Shown here piece by piece: positions 54,724 to 64,000 of a stretch of DNA of 64,000 nucleotides (positions are counted from its first letter, which is position 1; the number at the start of each line of letters is the position of its first letter). The DNA lies in the NCBI GenBank assembly GCA_959608625.1, contig CAUHQV010000007.1, positions 589 through 64,588 on the forward strand. The letters are read 5' to 3'. Source of the stretch: an uncultured Flavobacteriales bacterium. Lineage in GTDB: Bacteria > Bacteroidota > Bacteroidia > Flavobacteriales > UBA1820. The notes below the pieces were generated by a model. That model was not told the origin of the DNA. It searched no databases and worked only from the letters and a program-made list of their open reading frames with translations. The position numbers were made by a program, and so were the translations under genes.

Positions 54724-55140
54724 TTATTTAGTTTCTGTTGGTTGATTGGCAGTGCTTCCCAGCACTACTGTTACGTGATTGGAACGTTTACGTATACGGT
54801 GCCCGCGACCCTGGGGGGCCGGACGGAGCCTCTTAAGCATAGAACCGCCGTCGACGCTGATCTCCTTGATGAACAGGTTGGCCTCTTCCAGGCTTACCCC
54901 TTCGTTCTTAGCCTGCCAGTTGGCCACAGCGGAGAGAACGAGTTTTTCAATATTGGCAGATGCGTGCTTGGTGTTGAACTTAAGTATCTGGAGTGCTTTG
55001 TTCACCTCCACACCACGTACTAAGTCTGCCACGAGTCTCATTTTACGGGGAGACGTAGGGCAGTTATTCAGTTTTGCGTAGGCAACTTGCTTTTTGGCTG
55101 CTTTTATAGCGTCAGCTCTTTGTTTCTTTCGAATTCCCAT
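54724..55140 (-). CDS. rplV: 50S ribosomal protein L22
   Basis: ...[30 protein letters not shown]. Confidence 0.96.
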   Translation of the reverse strand: MGIRKKQRADAIKAAKKQVAYAKLNNCPTSPRKMRLVADLVRGVEVNKALQILKFNTKHASANIEKLVLSAVANWQAKNEGVSLEEANLFIKEISVDGGSMLKRLRPAPQGRGHRIRKRSNHVTVVLGSTANQPTETK

Positions 55141-55158
55141 TTTGTTTTAACCTACTAA

Positions 55159-55437
55159 TTAACGTTTACCTTTATCCTTTGCACCGGCATGGCCGCGGAA
55201 AATACGCGTCTGAGCGAATTCGCCGAGCTTATGGCCTACCATGTTTTCAGTAATGTACACCGGGATAAAAGTCTTTCCGTTGTGTACCGCGATAGTCTGA
55301 CCTACGAAATCCGGAGAGATCATCGATGCGCGCGACCAGGTTTTGATCACGGTTTTCTTATTGGCCTCTACATTGTCAGCCACTTTCTTCTCCAGTTTGT
55401 AGTGAATGAACGGTCCTTTTTTTAATGAACGTGCCAT
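55159..55437 (-). CDS. rpsS: 30S ribosomal protein S19
   Basis: [19 protein letters not shown]...[15 protein letters not shown]. Confidence 0.97.
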   Translation of the reverse strand: MARSLKKGPFIHYKLEKKVADNVEANKKTVIKTWSRASMISPDFVGQTIAVHNGKTFIPVYITENMVGHKLGEFAQTRIFRGHAGAKDKGKR

Positions 55438-55440
55438 AGC

Positions 55441-56268
55441 TTACTTCTTTCTTCGTTCTACAATGTACTTATTGCTTGCCTTGGTCTTGGAGCGCGTCTT
55501 GTAACCCTTGGCAGGCATACCCTTGCGCGTGCGCGGATGTCCACCCGAAGCGCGTCCTTCACCACCACCCATCGGGTGATCGACCGGGTTCATCACAACG
55601 GCACGGACACGGGGGCGGCGACCCTGCCAGCGGGAACGGCCGGCCTTACCCGAAGATTCGAGCTGATGGTCCGAATTGGATACCACACCCACAGTAGCCA
55701 TACATGTGGTGAGGATCATACGTGTTTCTCCCGAAGGGAGTTTGATGGTAGCGTACTTACCGTCACGGGCGGCAAGTTGTGCGAATGTACCTGCCGAACG
55801 CGCTATAACGGCGCCCTGGGAAGGACGAAGCTCGATGCAGCAAATAACGGTACCCAGAGGAATTTCACTCAGATACATGGCGTTCCCGACTTCGGGGGCA
55901 ATGCCTTCGCCCGAAACGACCGTCTGCCCTGCCTGAAGTCCGGCAGGAGCGATGATGTATCTTTTCTCCCCGTCGGCATAAGCTACCAGAGCGATGAATG
56001 CCGAACGATTGGGGTCGTACTCTATAGTTTTTACAACTGCAGGTATTCCCTTCTTGTCGCGTTTGAAATCGATAATACGATAACGCTGTTTGTGACCGCC
56101 GCCTATCTGACGCATGGTCATTTTACCGGTATTGTTGCGTCCGCCCGTTCTTTGCTTGCGCAAAAGGAGGGACTTTTCCGGCTGATTACCCACCGTAACG
56201 GCATCGTTACAGTTAAGTACCTTATGGCGCTGTCCGGCGGTAGTCGGTTTTAATTTTCTAACTGACAT
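55441..56268 (-). CDS. rplB: 50S ribosomal protein L2
   Basis: [17 protein letters not shown]...[15 protein letters not shown]... Confidence 0.97.
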   Translation of the reverse strand: MSVRKLKPTTAGQRHKVLNCNDAVTVGNQPEKSLLLRKQRTGGRNNTGKMTMRQIGGGHKQRYRIIDFKRDKKGIPAVVKTIEYDPNRSAFIALVAYADGEKRYIIAPAGLQAGQTVVSGEGIAPEVGNAMYLSEIPLGTVICCIELRPSQGAVIARSAGTFAQLAARDGKYATIKLPSGETRMILTTCMATVGVVSNSDHQLESSGKAGRSRWQGRRPRVRAVVMNPVDHPMGGGEGRASGGHPRTRKGMPAKGYKTRSKTKASNKYIVERRKK

Positions 56269-56273
56269 ATCTT

Positions 56274-56567
56274 TTAGATATTGTTATAAAAGTCGATTGT
56301 TTGTCCTTCGGCGATCTCTACGATGGCCTTCTTAAACGCATTGGTATGCCCCTTCTGCAGTCCGGCCTTCGTATAGCGGCTGCGGACTTTTCCGGCATAG
56401 CGAATGGTATTCACTTTCTTAACCGTAACGCCGTATACCTTTTCAATAGCAGCCTTGATCTGCTCCTTGTCGGCATCGGGCCTTACTATAAAACCGTAAC
56501 GGCCGCTCTTATCGGTGATAGCGGTCATCTTTTCGGTAATAAGTGGCTTAACTAATATATTATCCAT
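56274..56567 (-). CDS. rplW: 50S ribosomal protein L23
   Basis: [20 protein letters not shown]. Confidence 0.96.
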   Translation of the reverse strand: MDNILVKPLITEKMTAITDKSGRYGFIVRPDADKEQIKAAIEKVYGVTVKKVNTIRYAGKVRSRYTKAGLQKGHTNAFKKAIVEIAEGQTIDFYNNI

Positions 56568-56573
56568 CTTGCG

Positions 56574-57203
56574 TTAGTTGCTTAAGTTGTTCTGTAATTG
56601 CTGCAAAGCACTTTCAGAAATCACCATCGCCGAAGCATTGATGATCGCGTAAGTGTTTAATTCTGTGCAAGGCACAACCGAAGCGGACTGTAAATTTCGT
56701 GAGGACAAATATACGTTTTTATCGCCGGTGGCCGTAACAAACAATGATTTTTTAGACTTTAGCCCCAAAGCTTCGATAATATTAACAAAATTTTTGGTTT
56801 TTGGGGATTCAAATGAAAAATCCTCAATAATTACCAGATTTTTGTCCGAAACTTTCTGAGACAGCACCGATTTGCGGGCCAGTCTTTTGATTTTTTTGTT
56901 CAGCTTGAATGAATAATCGCGCGGAACCGGACCGAATACACGGGCTCCTCCACGGAAGATAGGGTTCTTTATGCTGCCGGCACGAGCTCCGCCCGTTCCT
57001 TTCTGCTTTTTGAGCTTGCGGGTGCTTCCGGAGATGATGCTGCGATCTTTCGCACTGTGCGTGCCCTGACGCTTGTTGGCCAGGTGCTGCTTTACGTCCA
57101 GCCATACCGCATGCTGATTGGGCTCTACGGCAAAAACCGATTCGTCGAGTGCTACCTTGCGTCCGGTCGGCTTTCCTTGTATGTCTAATACTTCTAATTC
57201 CAT
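56574..57203 (-). CDS. rplD: 50S ribosomal protein L4
   Basis: [24 protein letters not shown]...KKQKGTGGARAGS. Confidence 0.97.
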   Translation of the reverse strand: MELEVLDIQGKPTGRKVALDESVFAVEPNQHAVWLDVKQHLANKRQGTHSAKDRSIISGSTRKLKKQKGTGGARAGSIKNPIFRGGARVFGPVPRDYSFKLNKKIKRLARKSVLSQKVSDKNLVIIEDFSFESPKTKNFVNIIEALGLKSKKSLFVTATGDKNVYLSSRNLQSASVVPCTELNTYAIINASAMVISESALQQLQNNLSN

Positions 57204-57820
57204 TACTTTTCAATAATTAAATATGAGTTCTTTGCGCCCGGAACGCATCCTTTGATTACCAGCAGGTTCTTATCTGCTTCTACTTTGAGCACCAGAAGGT
57301 TTTTCACCTTAACCCGGTCGCCGCCCATGCGTCCTGCCATGCGGAGCCCTTTGAACACCTTTGCAGGGTAAGAGCACGCACCGATAGAACCGGGCTTGCG
57401 AAGACGGTTGTGCTGACCGTGAGTTGCTTGTCCTACACCACCAAATCCATGACGCTTAACGACACCTTGGAACCCCCGGCCTTTGGAGGTACCTACGACA
57501 TCCACGAACTCTCCTTCTGCGAAAAGATCCGCAGAGAGAACATCACCGAGCTTATATTCGCCATCGAATTCCTTGAATTCTACGACTTTGTGCTTGGGGG
57601 TAGTTCCCGCTTTCTTGAAGTGTCCGCCGAGTGCCTTGGTAACGTTCTTTTCTTTTTTGTCATCGAAACCAAGCTGAAGGGCTTCATACCCGTCAACCTG
57701 TGTGGTTCTGACCTGTGTTACTACACACGGACCGCATTCTATGACCGTACAGGGAACATTCTTCCCGTTCTGGTCAAAAATGCTGGTCATACCGATTTTT
57801 TTACCAATTAATCCAGACAT
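57203..57820 (-). CDS. rplC: 50S ribosomal protein L3
   Basis: [16 protein letters not shown]... Its stop overlaps the rplD ATG by 1 nt (TAATG). Confidence 0.97.
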   Translation of the reverse strand: MSGLIGKKIGMTSIFDQNGKNVPCTVIECGPCVVTQVRTTQVDGYEALQLGFDDKKEKNVTKALGGHFKKAGTTPKHKVVEFKEFDGEYKLGDVLSADLFAEGEFVDVVGTSKGRGFQGVVKRHGFGGVGQATHGQHNRLRKPGSIGACSYPAKVFKGLRMAGRMGGDRVKVKNLLVLKVEADKNLLVIKGCVPGAKNSYLIIEK

Positions 57821-57864
57821 TTTGTGGTTTTAATTATTGGACAATTATTACTATCAGGACAGCG

Positions 57865-57894
57865 CTTGGCCGCAGGACGGTTCCTGCGGCCAAG
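57865..57894 (-). promoter_or_regulatory. Strong intra-operon hairpin in the rpsJ-rplC spacer (not a terminator)
   Basis: 13-bp perfect GC-rich stem CTTGGCCGCAGGA-(4 nt)-TCCTGCGGCCAAG, with no U-tract on either strand. Confidence 0.6.
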
Positions 57895-57911
57895 GTATCC
57901 GCTAAAATGAA

Positions 57912-58217
57912 TTACACTTTGATCTCTACTTCTACACCGCTGGGCAGTTCGAGCTTCATCAAGGCGTCGATCGTCTTGGAAGAAGAACTGTAAATATCCA
58001 GCAGGCGCTTGAAAGAATTCAGCTCGAACTGCTCGCGCGATTTCTTGTTCACGTGCGGGGAACGCAGTACGGTGAATATCTTTTTCTGCGTAGGAAGCGG
58101 AATCGGACCGTTTACTATCGCGCCGGTAGATTTCACGGTCTTGACAATCTTGTCTGCCGATTTATCCACCAGACTGTGGTCGTAAGACTTTAGTTTGATA
58201 CGGATCTTTTGACTCAT
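57912..58217 (-). CDS. rpsJ: 30S ribosomal protein S10
   Basis: [25 protein letters not shown]. Confidence 0.97.
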   Translation of the reverse strand: MSQKIRIKLKSYDHSLVDKSADKIVKTVKSTGAIVNGPIPLPTQKKIFTVLRSPHVNKKSREQFELNSFKRLLDIYSSSSKTIDALMKLELPSGVEVEIKV

Positions 58218-58244
58218 TGTATTATATGGTCTAAAACTTATTCT

Positions 58245-60365
58245 TTATTTTTTTGACTTTGCTATTACCTCTTCAGCGATGCTGCGCGGCACTTCGGAAT
58301 AGTGCGAAAATTCCATCGAGGAAGTCGCACGGCCCGAAGTCAGGGTACGGAGCGAAGTCACGTAACCGAACATCTCGGACAGAGGCACATCGGCCTTCAC
58401 GACAGTGGCTCCCGCACGGTTGTCGGTACCTTTGATGATACCGCGGCGGCGGTTCAGGTCGCCGATCACGTCGCCCATATTTTCTTCGGGAGTGGTCACT
58501 TCGAGTTTCATGATAGGCTCGAGCAGGATAGGAGTGGCTTTGGGAGCCGCTTCCCTATACCCCAGCTTGGCAGCCATTTCGAACGAAAGCTGGTCGGAGT
58601 CCACCGGGTGGAAAGAACCGTCCAGCACGGTGATCTTCATACCCTGAAGCTCGTAACCGGCCAAAGGTCCGGCACCAATCGCATCCTTGAACCCTTTTTC
58701 GATCGAGGGGATGAACTCCTTCGGAATATTACCGCCTTTGATCGCGGAAACAAACTCGAGGCCGGACTTCCCTTCGCTGTTGGGTTCCATGCGGAAGATG
58801 ATATCGGCGAACTTACCGCGTCCACCGGTCTGTTTCTTGTACACTTCGCGGTGTTCGATCGTTCCGGTGATCGCTTCCTTGTAAGCGACCTGCGGCTGGC
58901 CTTCGGTCACCTCGACGTTGAATTCGCGGCGCAGACGGTCGATGATGATCTCCAGGTGGAGCTCACCCATACCGGAAATAATGGTCTGTCCGGAATCTTC
59001 GTCCGTATGTACGCGGAACGTCGGGTCTTCCTCGGACAGTTTGCCCAGGCCTACGCCCAGTTTGTCGAGGTCGGCCTGCGTCTTGGGCTCGATCGAAATA
59101 CCGATCACAGGATCGGGGAACGTCATTGACTCCAGGACGATAGGATTCTTCTCATCGCAAAGGGTATCTCCCGTGCGGATATCCTTAAATCCTACTCCGG
59201 CGCCGATATCGCCTGCTTCGATCGTCTCGATAGGCTTCTGTTCTTTCGAGTGCATCTGGAAGATACGCGAAATGCGTTCCTTCTTATCGGTACGCGGGTT
59301 GTATACATAAGAACCTGCGTCGAGTTTTCCGGAATACATGCGGAAGAAGCACAAACGGCCTACGAACGGGTCGGTAGCGATCTTGAACGCAAGCGCAGCC
59401 ATCGGTTCGTCCGAGTCCGGCTGGCGGACAACTTCCTGGTCGTTGCGGGGGTCGATCCCCTTGAGAGCCTCTACGTCGGCCGGCGAAGGCAGGAATGCCA
59501 TTACGCAGTCGAGCAGCTTCTGCACACCTTTGTTCTTGAACGAAGAACCGCAAAGCATCGGGGTGATGTCCATAGCGATGGTCGCCTTGCGGATAGCCAC
59601 GAGCAATTCGGCTTCGGTGATCGCATCCGGATCGGAGAAGAATTTCTCCATCAGTTCTTCGGAAGTCTCGGCTACGGACTCCAGTAAGTGCTGGCGCCAT
59701 TTCGCGCACTCTTCCTTCAGATCGTCAGGGATGGGAACGACCTTATAGGTCATACCCTTGTCTTCTTCATTCCAGATAATACCTTCCATCTTCAAGAGGT
59801 CTACCACGCCTTTGAAGTCGGCTTCCGCACCGATAGGCACCTGTAGGGGCACAGGGTTGGCGCCGAGGCGCTCTTTCACCTGTTTCACCACGTTGAAGAA
59901 ATCGGCACCGCTGCGGTCCATCTTGTTGACGAAACCGATACGCGGCACATTGTATTTGGTAGCCTGGCGCCAAACCGTTTCGGATTGGGGTTCCACACCG
60001 CCTACGGCGCAGAACAGAGCTACGGCACCGTCCAGGATGCGGAGCGAACGCTCCACTTCGACCGTAAAGTCTACGTGTCCCGGGGTGTCGATCAGGTTGA
60101 TCTTATATTTTTTGGTGTCCGGAGTAGACTGACCCTGCAGGGTCGGGTAGTTCCAGAACACGGTGGTAGCAGCCGAAGTGATGGTAATGCCTCGCTCCTG
60201 CTCCTGGGCCATCCAGTCCATGGTAGCGGCACCGTCGTGTACCTCTCCTATCTTGTGGGTGATACCCGTATAGTAAAGGATACGTTCGCTGGTGGTCGTC
60301 TTTCCGGCATCGATGTGGGCCATGATGCCGATATTTCTCGTATAATGTAAATCTCTTTTTGCCAT
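58245..60365 (-). CDS. fusA: Elongation factor G
   Basis: 706 aa. [25 protein letters not shown]...DTPGHVDF... Confidence 0.97.
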   Translation of the reverse strand: MAKRDLHYTRNIGIMAHIDAGKTTTSERILYYTGITHKIGEVHDGAATMDWMAQEQERGITITSAATTVFWNYPTLQGQSTPDTKKYKINLIDTPGHVDFTVEVERSLRILDGAVALFCAVGGVEPQSETVWRQATKYNVPRIGFVNKMDRSGADFFNVVKQVKERLGANPVPLQVPIGAEADFKGVVDLLKMEGIIWNEEDKGMTYKVVPIPDDLKEECAKWRQHLLESVAETSEELMEKFFSDPDAITEAELLVAIRKATIAMDITPMLCGSSFKNKGVQKLLDCVMAFLPSPADVEALKGIDPRNDQEVVRQPDSDEPMAALAFKIATDPFVGRLCFFRMYSGKLDAGSYVYNPRTDKKERISRIFQMHSKEQKPIETIEAGDIGAGVGFKDIRTGDTLCDEKNPIVLESMTFPDPVIGISIEPKTQADLDKLGVGLGKLSEEDPTFRVHTDEDSGQTIISGMGELHLEIIIDRLRREFNVEVTEGQPQVAYKEAITGTIEHREVYKKQTGGRGKFADIIFRMEPNSEGKSGLEFVSAIKGGNIPKEFIPSIEKGFKDAIGAGPLAGYELQGMKITVLDGSFHPVDSDQLSFEMAAKLGYREAAPKATPILLEPIMKLEVTTPEENMGDVIGDLNRRRGIIKGTDNRAGATVVKADVPLSEMFGYVTSLRTLTSGRATSSMEFSHYSEVPRSIAEEVIAKSKK

Positions 60366-60383
60366 GTGTTTTTCCTCGTATGT

Positions 60384-60860
60384 TTAGAATCTAAAGTGCG
60401 AGAACGCCTTGTTGGCTTCGGCCATTTTGTGGGTATCCATACGCTTTTTAACAGCGGCACCCTCTTCCTTGGAAGCGGCCATGATCTCGGCGGCCAGTTT
60501 CTGGGCCATCGACTTTTCGTTGCGAAGGCGGGCGTATTTCACCAGCCATTTGATTGCCATGGATACCTTGCGGTCCGGACGGATCTGCATCGGTATCTGG
60601 AACGTGGCTCCGCCGACACGGCGCGAGCGCACCTCTACATGGGGCATTACATTGGTCAATGCTTCTTTCCATATCTCCAGAGGGGATTTTTCGCTGTCTT
60701 TCGACTTTTCCCCCACGATATCCAGAGCATCGTAGAACACCTGAAGCGCCGTACTTTTCTTGCCGTCCCACATAAGGTTGTTCACAAAACGCGTTACCAG
60801 CGCATCGTTGAACTTCGGATCGGGAAGAAGAACTCTTTTTTTAGCTCTTGTCTTTCTCAT
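60384..60860 (-). CDS. rpsG: 30S ribosomal protein S7
   Basis: [34 protein letters not shown]. Confidence 0.97.
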   Translation of the reverse strand: MRKTRAKKRVLLPDPKFNDALVTRFVNNLMWDGKKSTALQVFYDALDIVGEKSKDSEKSPLEIWKEALTNVMPHVEVRSRRVGGATFQIPMQIRPDRKVSMAIKWLVKYARLRNEKSMAQKLAAEIMAASKEEGAAVKKRMDTHKMAEANKAFSHFRF

Positions 60861-60892
60861 GATTTAATTTTTTTAATGTTGAACGGTTAGGA

Positions 60893-61300
60893 TCATTTCT
60901 TCTTACCGGTAGTAGGTGCTGCCTGTCCCGGTTTAGGACGTTTGGCTCCATACTTGGAACGGCGCTGCTTGCGTCCGTTCACACCGGCCGTATCCAGCGC
61001 ACCGCGAACGATGTGATAACGGACACCCGGCAAATCCTTAACCCTTCCACCGCGTACCAATACTATCGAGTGCTCTTGGAGGTTGTGCCCTTCACCGCCG
61101 ATGTATGCGTTGACCTCGTTTCCGTTGGTCAGGCGGACACGAGCCACCTTACGCATAGCCGAATTCGGCTTCTTAGGCGTAGTGGTGTAAACACGCGTGC
61201 ACACCCCGCGACGCTGCGGGCAGGAATCCAAAGCAGCCGATTTACTCTTCTTGGCGAGTACGGTTCTTCCTTTTCTAACTAATTGTTGAATGGTTGGCAT
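60893..61300 (-). CDS. rpsL: 30S ribosomal protein S12
   Basis: [12 protein letters not shown]...[16 protein letters not shown]. Confidence 0.97.
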   Translation of the reverse strand: MPTIQQLVRKGRTVLAKKSKSAALDSCPQRRGVCTRVYTTTPKKPNSAMRKVARVRLTNGNEVNAYIGGEGHNLQEHSIVLVRGGRVKDLPGVRYHIVRGALDTAGVNGRKQRRSKYGAKRPKPGQAAPTTGKKK

Positions 61301-61531
61301 TTGTTTTGCTCTTAAAAATTATTTATGTTAAAATTCTTCTTTTTTGTTCCATTCCCTGGGATGAAAAGACTATTTTTTTACACCCGCACTGTCTTTTTTC
61401 AGCGCATAAAATACATTGGGAGCCGTATCCCTTTCGAGCGGGGCCTACGAACAACCGAACATAAAATAGTGATAATAAACCCTTTAACCCAACGGATCAA
61501 AGACGGTCTTAACATCTTATATAATGGCTTG

Positions 61532-61562
61532 CAAAGGTAAAATTTTTATTTTGAAAAACAAA
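61532..61562 (-). promoter_or_regulatory. Candidate promoter of the ribosomal super-operon (-33 TTTG, 19-nt spacer, -7 TACCTTTG on the minus strand)
   Basis: On the plus strand, CAAAGGTA is at 61532-61539 and CAAA at 61559-62. This is the best TTTG-N19-TAnnTTTG match in the rpsL upstream region. It implies a roughly 225-nt leader. Confidence 0.55.
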
Positions 61563-61661
61563 CCATATTCGTTTCTTTTTTAGGGCGATACTTCGGGCAG
61601 CAGTGGCCCGCTGCGGAGAGTTTTTTGCTTACTTTTATGCCCGCAAATAAAACCTGAAAAA

Positions 61662-62264
61662 ATGACGAAAATAATTTCCGGCGGCCTGACCGCCCTCGTG
61701 CTTTGCCTGAGCGCTTCCTGTTACGCCCTTTCCCCGGAATCGTCCGGCCGGGCCGGAAATGCGGCAGATTCCTCCGCCTCCAAGGTAGACCGGGTACTTG
61801 TTAATACGGCCCGTCAAAAACTCTATACCTTGAACGATAAAGGCGATACACTGGACGTTTTCCCGTGTTCGACCTCCAAATACGGGATCGGCAACCAACT
61901 GGGATCCAACAAAACGCCCCTGGGCGTCCACCGGATCGCGGACAAGCGCGGAGACGGCAAACCATTGGGCGCTATATTCAAAGCCAAAGTATATACCGGG
62001 ACGGAAGCGGAGATCGTACAATCCCCCGTATCGACCGGCAAGGATTACGTAACCACCCGGATCATGCACCTGGAGGGAACGGAACCGGGAGTTAACAAAG
62101 GTGAAGGAATAGATAGCTACCGGCGGTACATATATATACACGGTACGCCGGAAGAAGGCCTGATCGGCAAACCCGCCTCGCACGGATGCGTTCGGATGAA
62201 AAACGAAGACGTGGTAAAACTCTACGACAAAGTGTCCGTAGGCACTATTGTGGAGATCATTTAA
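61662..62264 (+). CDS. L,D-transpeptidase (YkuD/ErfK family)
   Basis: 200 aa with a signal peptide (LTALVLCLSASCYA) and the catalytic motif IYIHGTP....G.PASHGCVRM. Confidence 0.88.
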   Translation: MTKIISGGLTALVLCLSASCYALSPESSGRAGNAADSSASKVDRVLVNTARQKLYTLNDKGDTLDVFPCSTSKYGIGNQLGSNKTPLGVHRIADKRGDGKPLGAIFKAKVYTGTEAEIVQSPVSTGKDYVTTRIMHLEGTEPGVNKGEGIDSYRRYIYIHGTPEEGLIGKPASHGCVRMKNEDVVKLYDKVSVGTIVEII

Positions 62265-62991
62265 TTCCTTCCGAGGCCCTTCTTATTTTATTGAGGTACG
62301 AACCTATCGTATTTTCAAGCCCCAGATACAGCGCTTCGCTGATAAGGGCATGCCCGATGGATACCTCATCGGTGAACGGGATCTCCCGGATATAGAATTC
62401 TATATTGTCCAGCGAAAGGTCATGCCCTGCATTGACTCCCAGCCCTAACGACCGGGCATATTCCGAGGCCTCTTTATACGGGAGGATCACTTTCTCGTCC
62501 CCCTGTGCGTACAGACGGGCGAAACGCTCGGTGTAGAGTTCCACCCGGTCGGCGCCTGCCGCCTTGGCCCCTTCGATCATTTTTTTGTCCGGATCGACGA
62601 AAATCGATACCCGTATCCCTGCCTGTTGGAATTTTTCCGTCACTTCGCGCAGGAATCCGGCATGGGCTACGGTATCCCAACCGGCATTGGACGTGAGGTT
62701 GGACGGCGCATCCGGGACCAATGTAACCTGTGTGGGTTTCGCCTGGGTAACCAGTTGGATGAATTCGTCCGTCGGGTTGCCCTCGATGTTGTATTCGGTG
62801 GCGATGACCGATAGCAAGTCAAATACGTCCTTGTGCGTAATATGGCGCTGGTCGGGACGCGGGTGTACCGTGATACCCTGCGCGCCGAAGCGCTGGCAGT
62901 CGGCCGCTACCTGTACCACGTCGGGCACATTGCCCCCGCGCGCATTGCGCAGGGTAGCTATTTTGTTGATATTTACGCTTAATTTCGTCAT
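62257..62991 (-). CDS. pdxJ: Pyridoxine 5'-phosphate synthase
   Basis: MTKLSVNINKIATLRNARGGNVPDV...HPRPDQRHI...NAGHDL. An alternative ATG lies at 63003 (MNGKMTK...). Confidence 0.92.
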   Translation of the reverse strand: MTKLSVNINKIATLRNARGGNVPDVVQVAADCQRFGAQGITVHPRPDQRHITHKDVFDLLSVIATEYNIEGNPTDEFIQLVTQAKPTQVTLVPDAPSNLTSNAGWDTVAHAGFLREVTEKFQQAGIRVSIFVDPDKKMIEGAKAAGADRVELYTERFARLYAQGDEKVILPYKEASEYARSLGLGVNAGHDLSLDNIEFYIREIPFTDEVSIGHALISEALYLGLENTIGSYLNKIRRASEGIK

Positions 62992-63009
62992 TTTCCCGTT
63001 CATTATATA

Positions 63010-63684
63010 TTAATCGTTTTCTTTCCTTACGGCCAGATCGCCTTCGGTTTTCACGATAGTCCCGCTATCGGCTACGCCCCGGAAAGCGACCAGCGGATAG
63101 ACCACGCACCGGCGCCCCAGGATACTGCCCGGATTGAGCACCGCATTGCATCCTATCTCCACATCGTCGCCCAGCACGGCACCCAGTTTCACCAGCCCCG
63201 TCGGATACTTTCCGTCTTCAAAGTCGATATGCACGGACGTACCGAACGATTTGAAGTTGGATATTTTCGCCCCTGCCCCCAGATGGGCATTGTGCCCCAA
63301 TACCGAATCCCCTACATACGTCAAATGAGGCAATTGCACCCCATCGAACAGCAGGGCGTTCTTCACTTCGGTAAAATTGCCTATCACGCATCCGCGCCCG
63401 GCCACCACATCGCCGCGCACAACCGCGTTGCGCCGCACGACCGTTCCTTTCCCGGCGATCAGGCGCCCTTCTACCGCCGCCCCGCCTTCTATCACGGCCC
63501 CGTCTTCGGCCCAAATGTTATACGCCAGCTTTTTCAGGGACAGCACGGAAAGCACATCGGGGGCGAACACCTCCCCCAAACGTGCCACGATCTCCCACGG
63601 ATACCGGCAGGCATCGACCAGCGGCTGCGCAAAAGGGTGCGGGGTTCCGAAGAAATAGCCGCAAGCGGCTTCGGTATGTTTCAT
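63010..63684 (-). CDS. Left-handed beta-helix (hexapeptide-repeat) protein, GlmU C-terminal/acyltransferase-like
   Basis: 224 aa with repeated [LIV]-G-x4 hexapeptide turns (VVRGDVVAGRGCVIGNFTEV...VGDSVLGHNAHLGAGAKISN...LGDDVEIGCNAVLNPGSILG). The substrate is unknown. Confidence 0.7.
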   Translation of the reverse strand: MKHTEAACGYFFGTPHPFAQPLVDACRYPWEIVARLGEVFAPDVLSVLSLKKLAYNIWAEDGAVIEGGAAVEGRLIAGKGTVVRRNAVVRGDVVAGRGCVIGNFTEVKNALLFDGVQLPHLTYVGDSVLGHNAHLGAGAKISNFKSFGTSVHIDFEDGKYPTGLVKLGAVLGDDVEIGCNAVLNPGSILGRRCVVYPLVAFRGVADSGTIVKTEGDLAVRKEND

Positions 63685-63687
63685 CGC

Positions 63688-64000
63688 TTAAAATTCTACG
63701 TCAGAATCCTTGGAATTTTGCACCCAGGTATCCGAAGATACGGTTTCCTCGACATCATCTTCACCGGACACGTCGGAAAAGACGGTCGTGTTCCTTTCAC
63801 ACGAAAGGCTGATGGACATCGGAGCTGAAGGCGCTTCGAATTCGCCCTTCGACACATGGAGGGTCGGATCGGCATAACATTTCTTCATGAACACCGCCCA
63901 TATCGGAAGGGCCGAAGTAGCCCCCTGTCCGTACGTCATCGAACTGAAATGGGCCGCCCGGTCCTCGCATCCTACCCACGCCCCGGCGGCCAGGTTGGGC
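63688..64000 (-). CDS. Class A penicillin-binding protein (PBP1A-like), C-terminal end; the gene continues beyond the window end
   Basis: The minus-strand frame is open to 64000. My translation is ...PNLAAGAWVGCEDRAAHFSSMTYGQGATSALPIWAVFMKKCYAD... followed by an acidic tail. The track ORF (from Met 63939) is only its internal fragment. Confidence 0.8.
   Translation of the reverse strand, partial: PNLAAGAWVGCEDRAAHFSSMTYGQGATSALPIWAVFMKKCYADPTLHVSKGEFEAPSAPMSISLSCERNTTVFSDVSGEDDVEETVSSDTWVQNSKDSDVEF

Noticed and set aside
61325-61540. 71-aa plus-strand ORF in the rpsL upstream region.
   Set aside because: It has Phe-rich AT-driven composition, no promoter box in the right orientation, and overlaps the predicted rpsL leader and promoter. 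The region is more likely non-coding.
1-64000. Search for rRNA, tRNA, CRISPR arrays, transposases, integrases, phage genes, toxin-antitoxin pairs or defence-system hallmarks.
   Set aside because: None was recognised. Intergenic regions over 70 nt lack tRNA T-arm/acceptor signatures and spaced direct repeats. All sizeable ORFs are accounted for by housekeeping or envelope functions. A covariance-model scan (tRNAscan-SE, Infernal/Rfam) and a DefenseFinder/PADLOC run would be the decisive checks.

Overview
This 64-kb chromosomal window comes from a fairly GC-rich member of the Bacteroidota, probably Bacteroidales. The phylum call is an inference from four things. TAnnTTTG -7 promoter boxes sit 5-110 nt upstream of many start codons. 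There are no obvious Shine-Dalgarno sites. A complete MoxR/DUF58/BatA-E aerotolerance operon is present. The ribosomal array is a fused str-S10-spc-alpha unit without tuf. No genus can be assigned without a database search.

The content is overwhelmingly core housekeeping.

- 1-4.4 kb: a CorC/DUF21 transporter fragment, a PNPOx-like protein, and rpiB-rnr-tadA.
- 4.4-6.8 kb: an AT-rich islet with two tandem small outer-membrane beta-barrel paralogues and a small secreted orphan.
- 6.8-9.4 kb: a TlpA-like redoxin and a class I fumarase.
- 9.4-15.1 kb: an exported murein-peptide module. It holds a transglutaminase-like lipoprotein, a Tat-signal dipeptide epimerase and an SH3b-NlpC/P60 peptidase, divergent from an M23 peptidase.
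- 15-27 kb: ettA, a twin-DTG aspartyl protease with a PDZ domain, an MGMT-family protein, pheS, a GAF/fRMsr-like protein, fbaA, an esterase, a macro-domain protein, Nif3 and a COG1579-like protein.
- 27.5-32.5 kb: two lipoprotein glycoside hydrolases.
- 32.6-42 kb: mtnN, then the 8-gene Bat operon.
- 42-44 kb: an HAD phosphatase and carA.
- 44.0-61.3 kb: a 33-gene ribosomal-protein/rpoA/secY/infA/fusA array on the minus strand.
- 61.6-64 kb: an L,D-transpeptidase, pdxJ, a hexapeptide-repeat protein and the 3' end of a class A PBP.

I found no rRNA, tRNA, CRISPR array, transposase, integrase or phage genes. I also found no convincing novel multi-gene system.

The observations worth a second look are local oddities:
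- a Tat signal on an enolase-superfamily epimerase;
- an in-frame 33/36-bp tandem repeat in batC;
- a strong non-terminator hairpin between rpsJ and rplC;
- a roughly 225-nt rpsL leader;
- a Cys-less zinc-ribbon homologue;
- basic low-complexity tails on L17 and S3.

Many track ORFs needed start-codon trimming. Many long antisense ORFs are GC-driven shadows.
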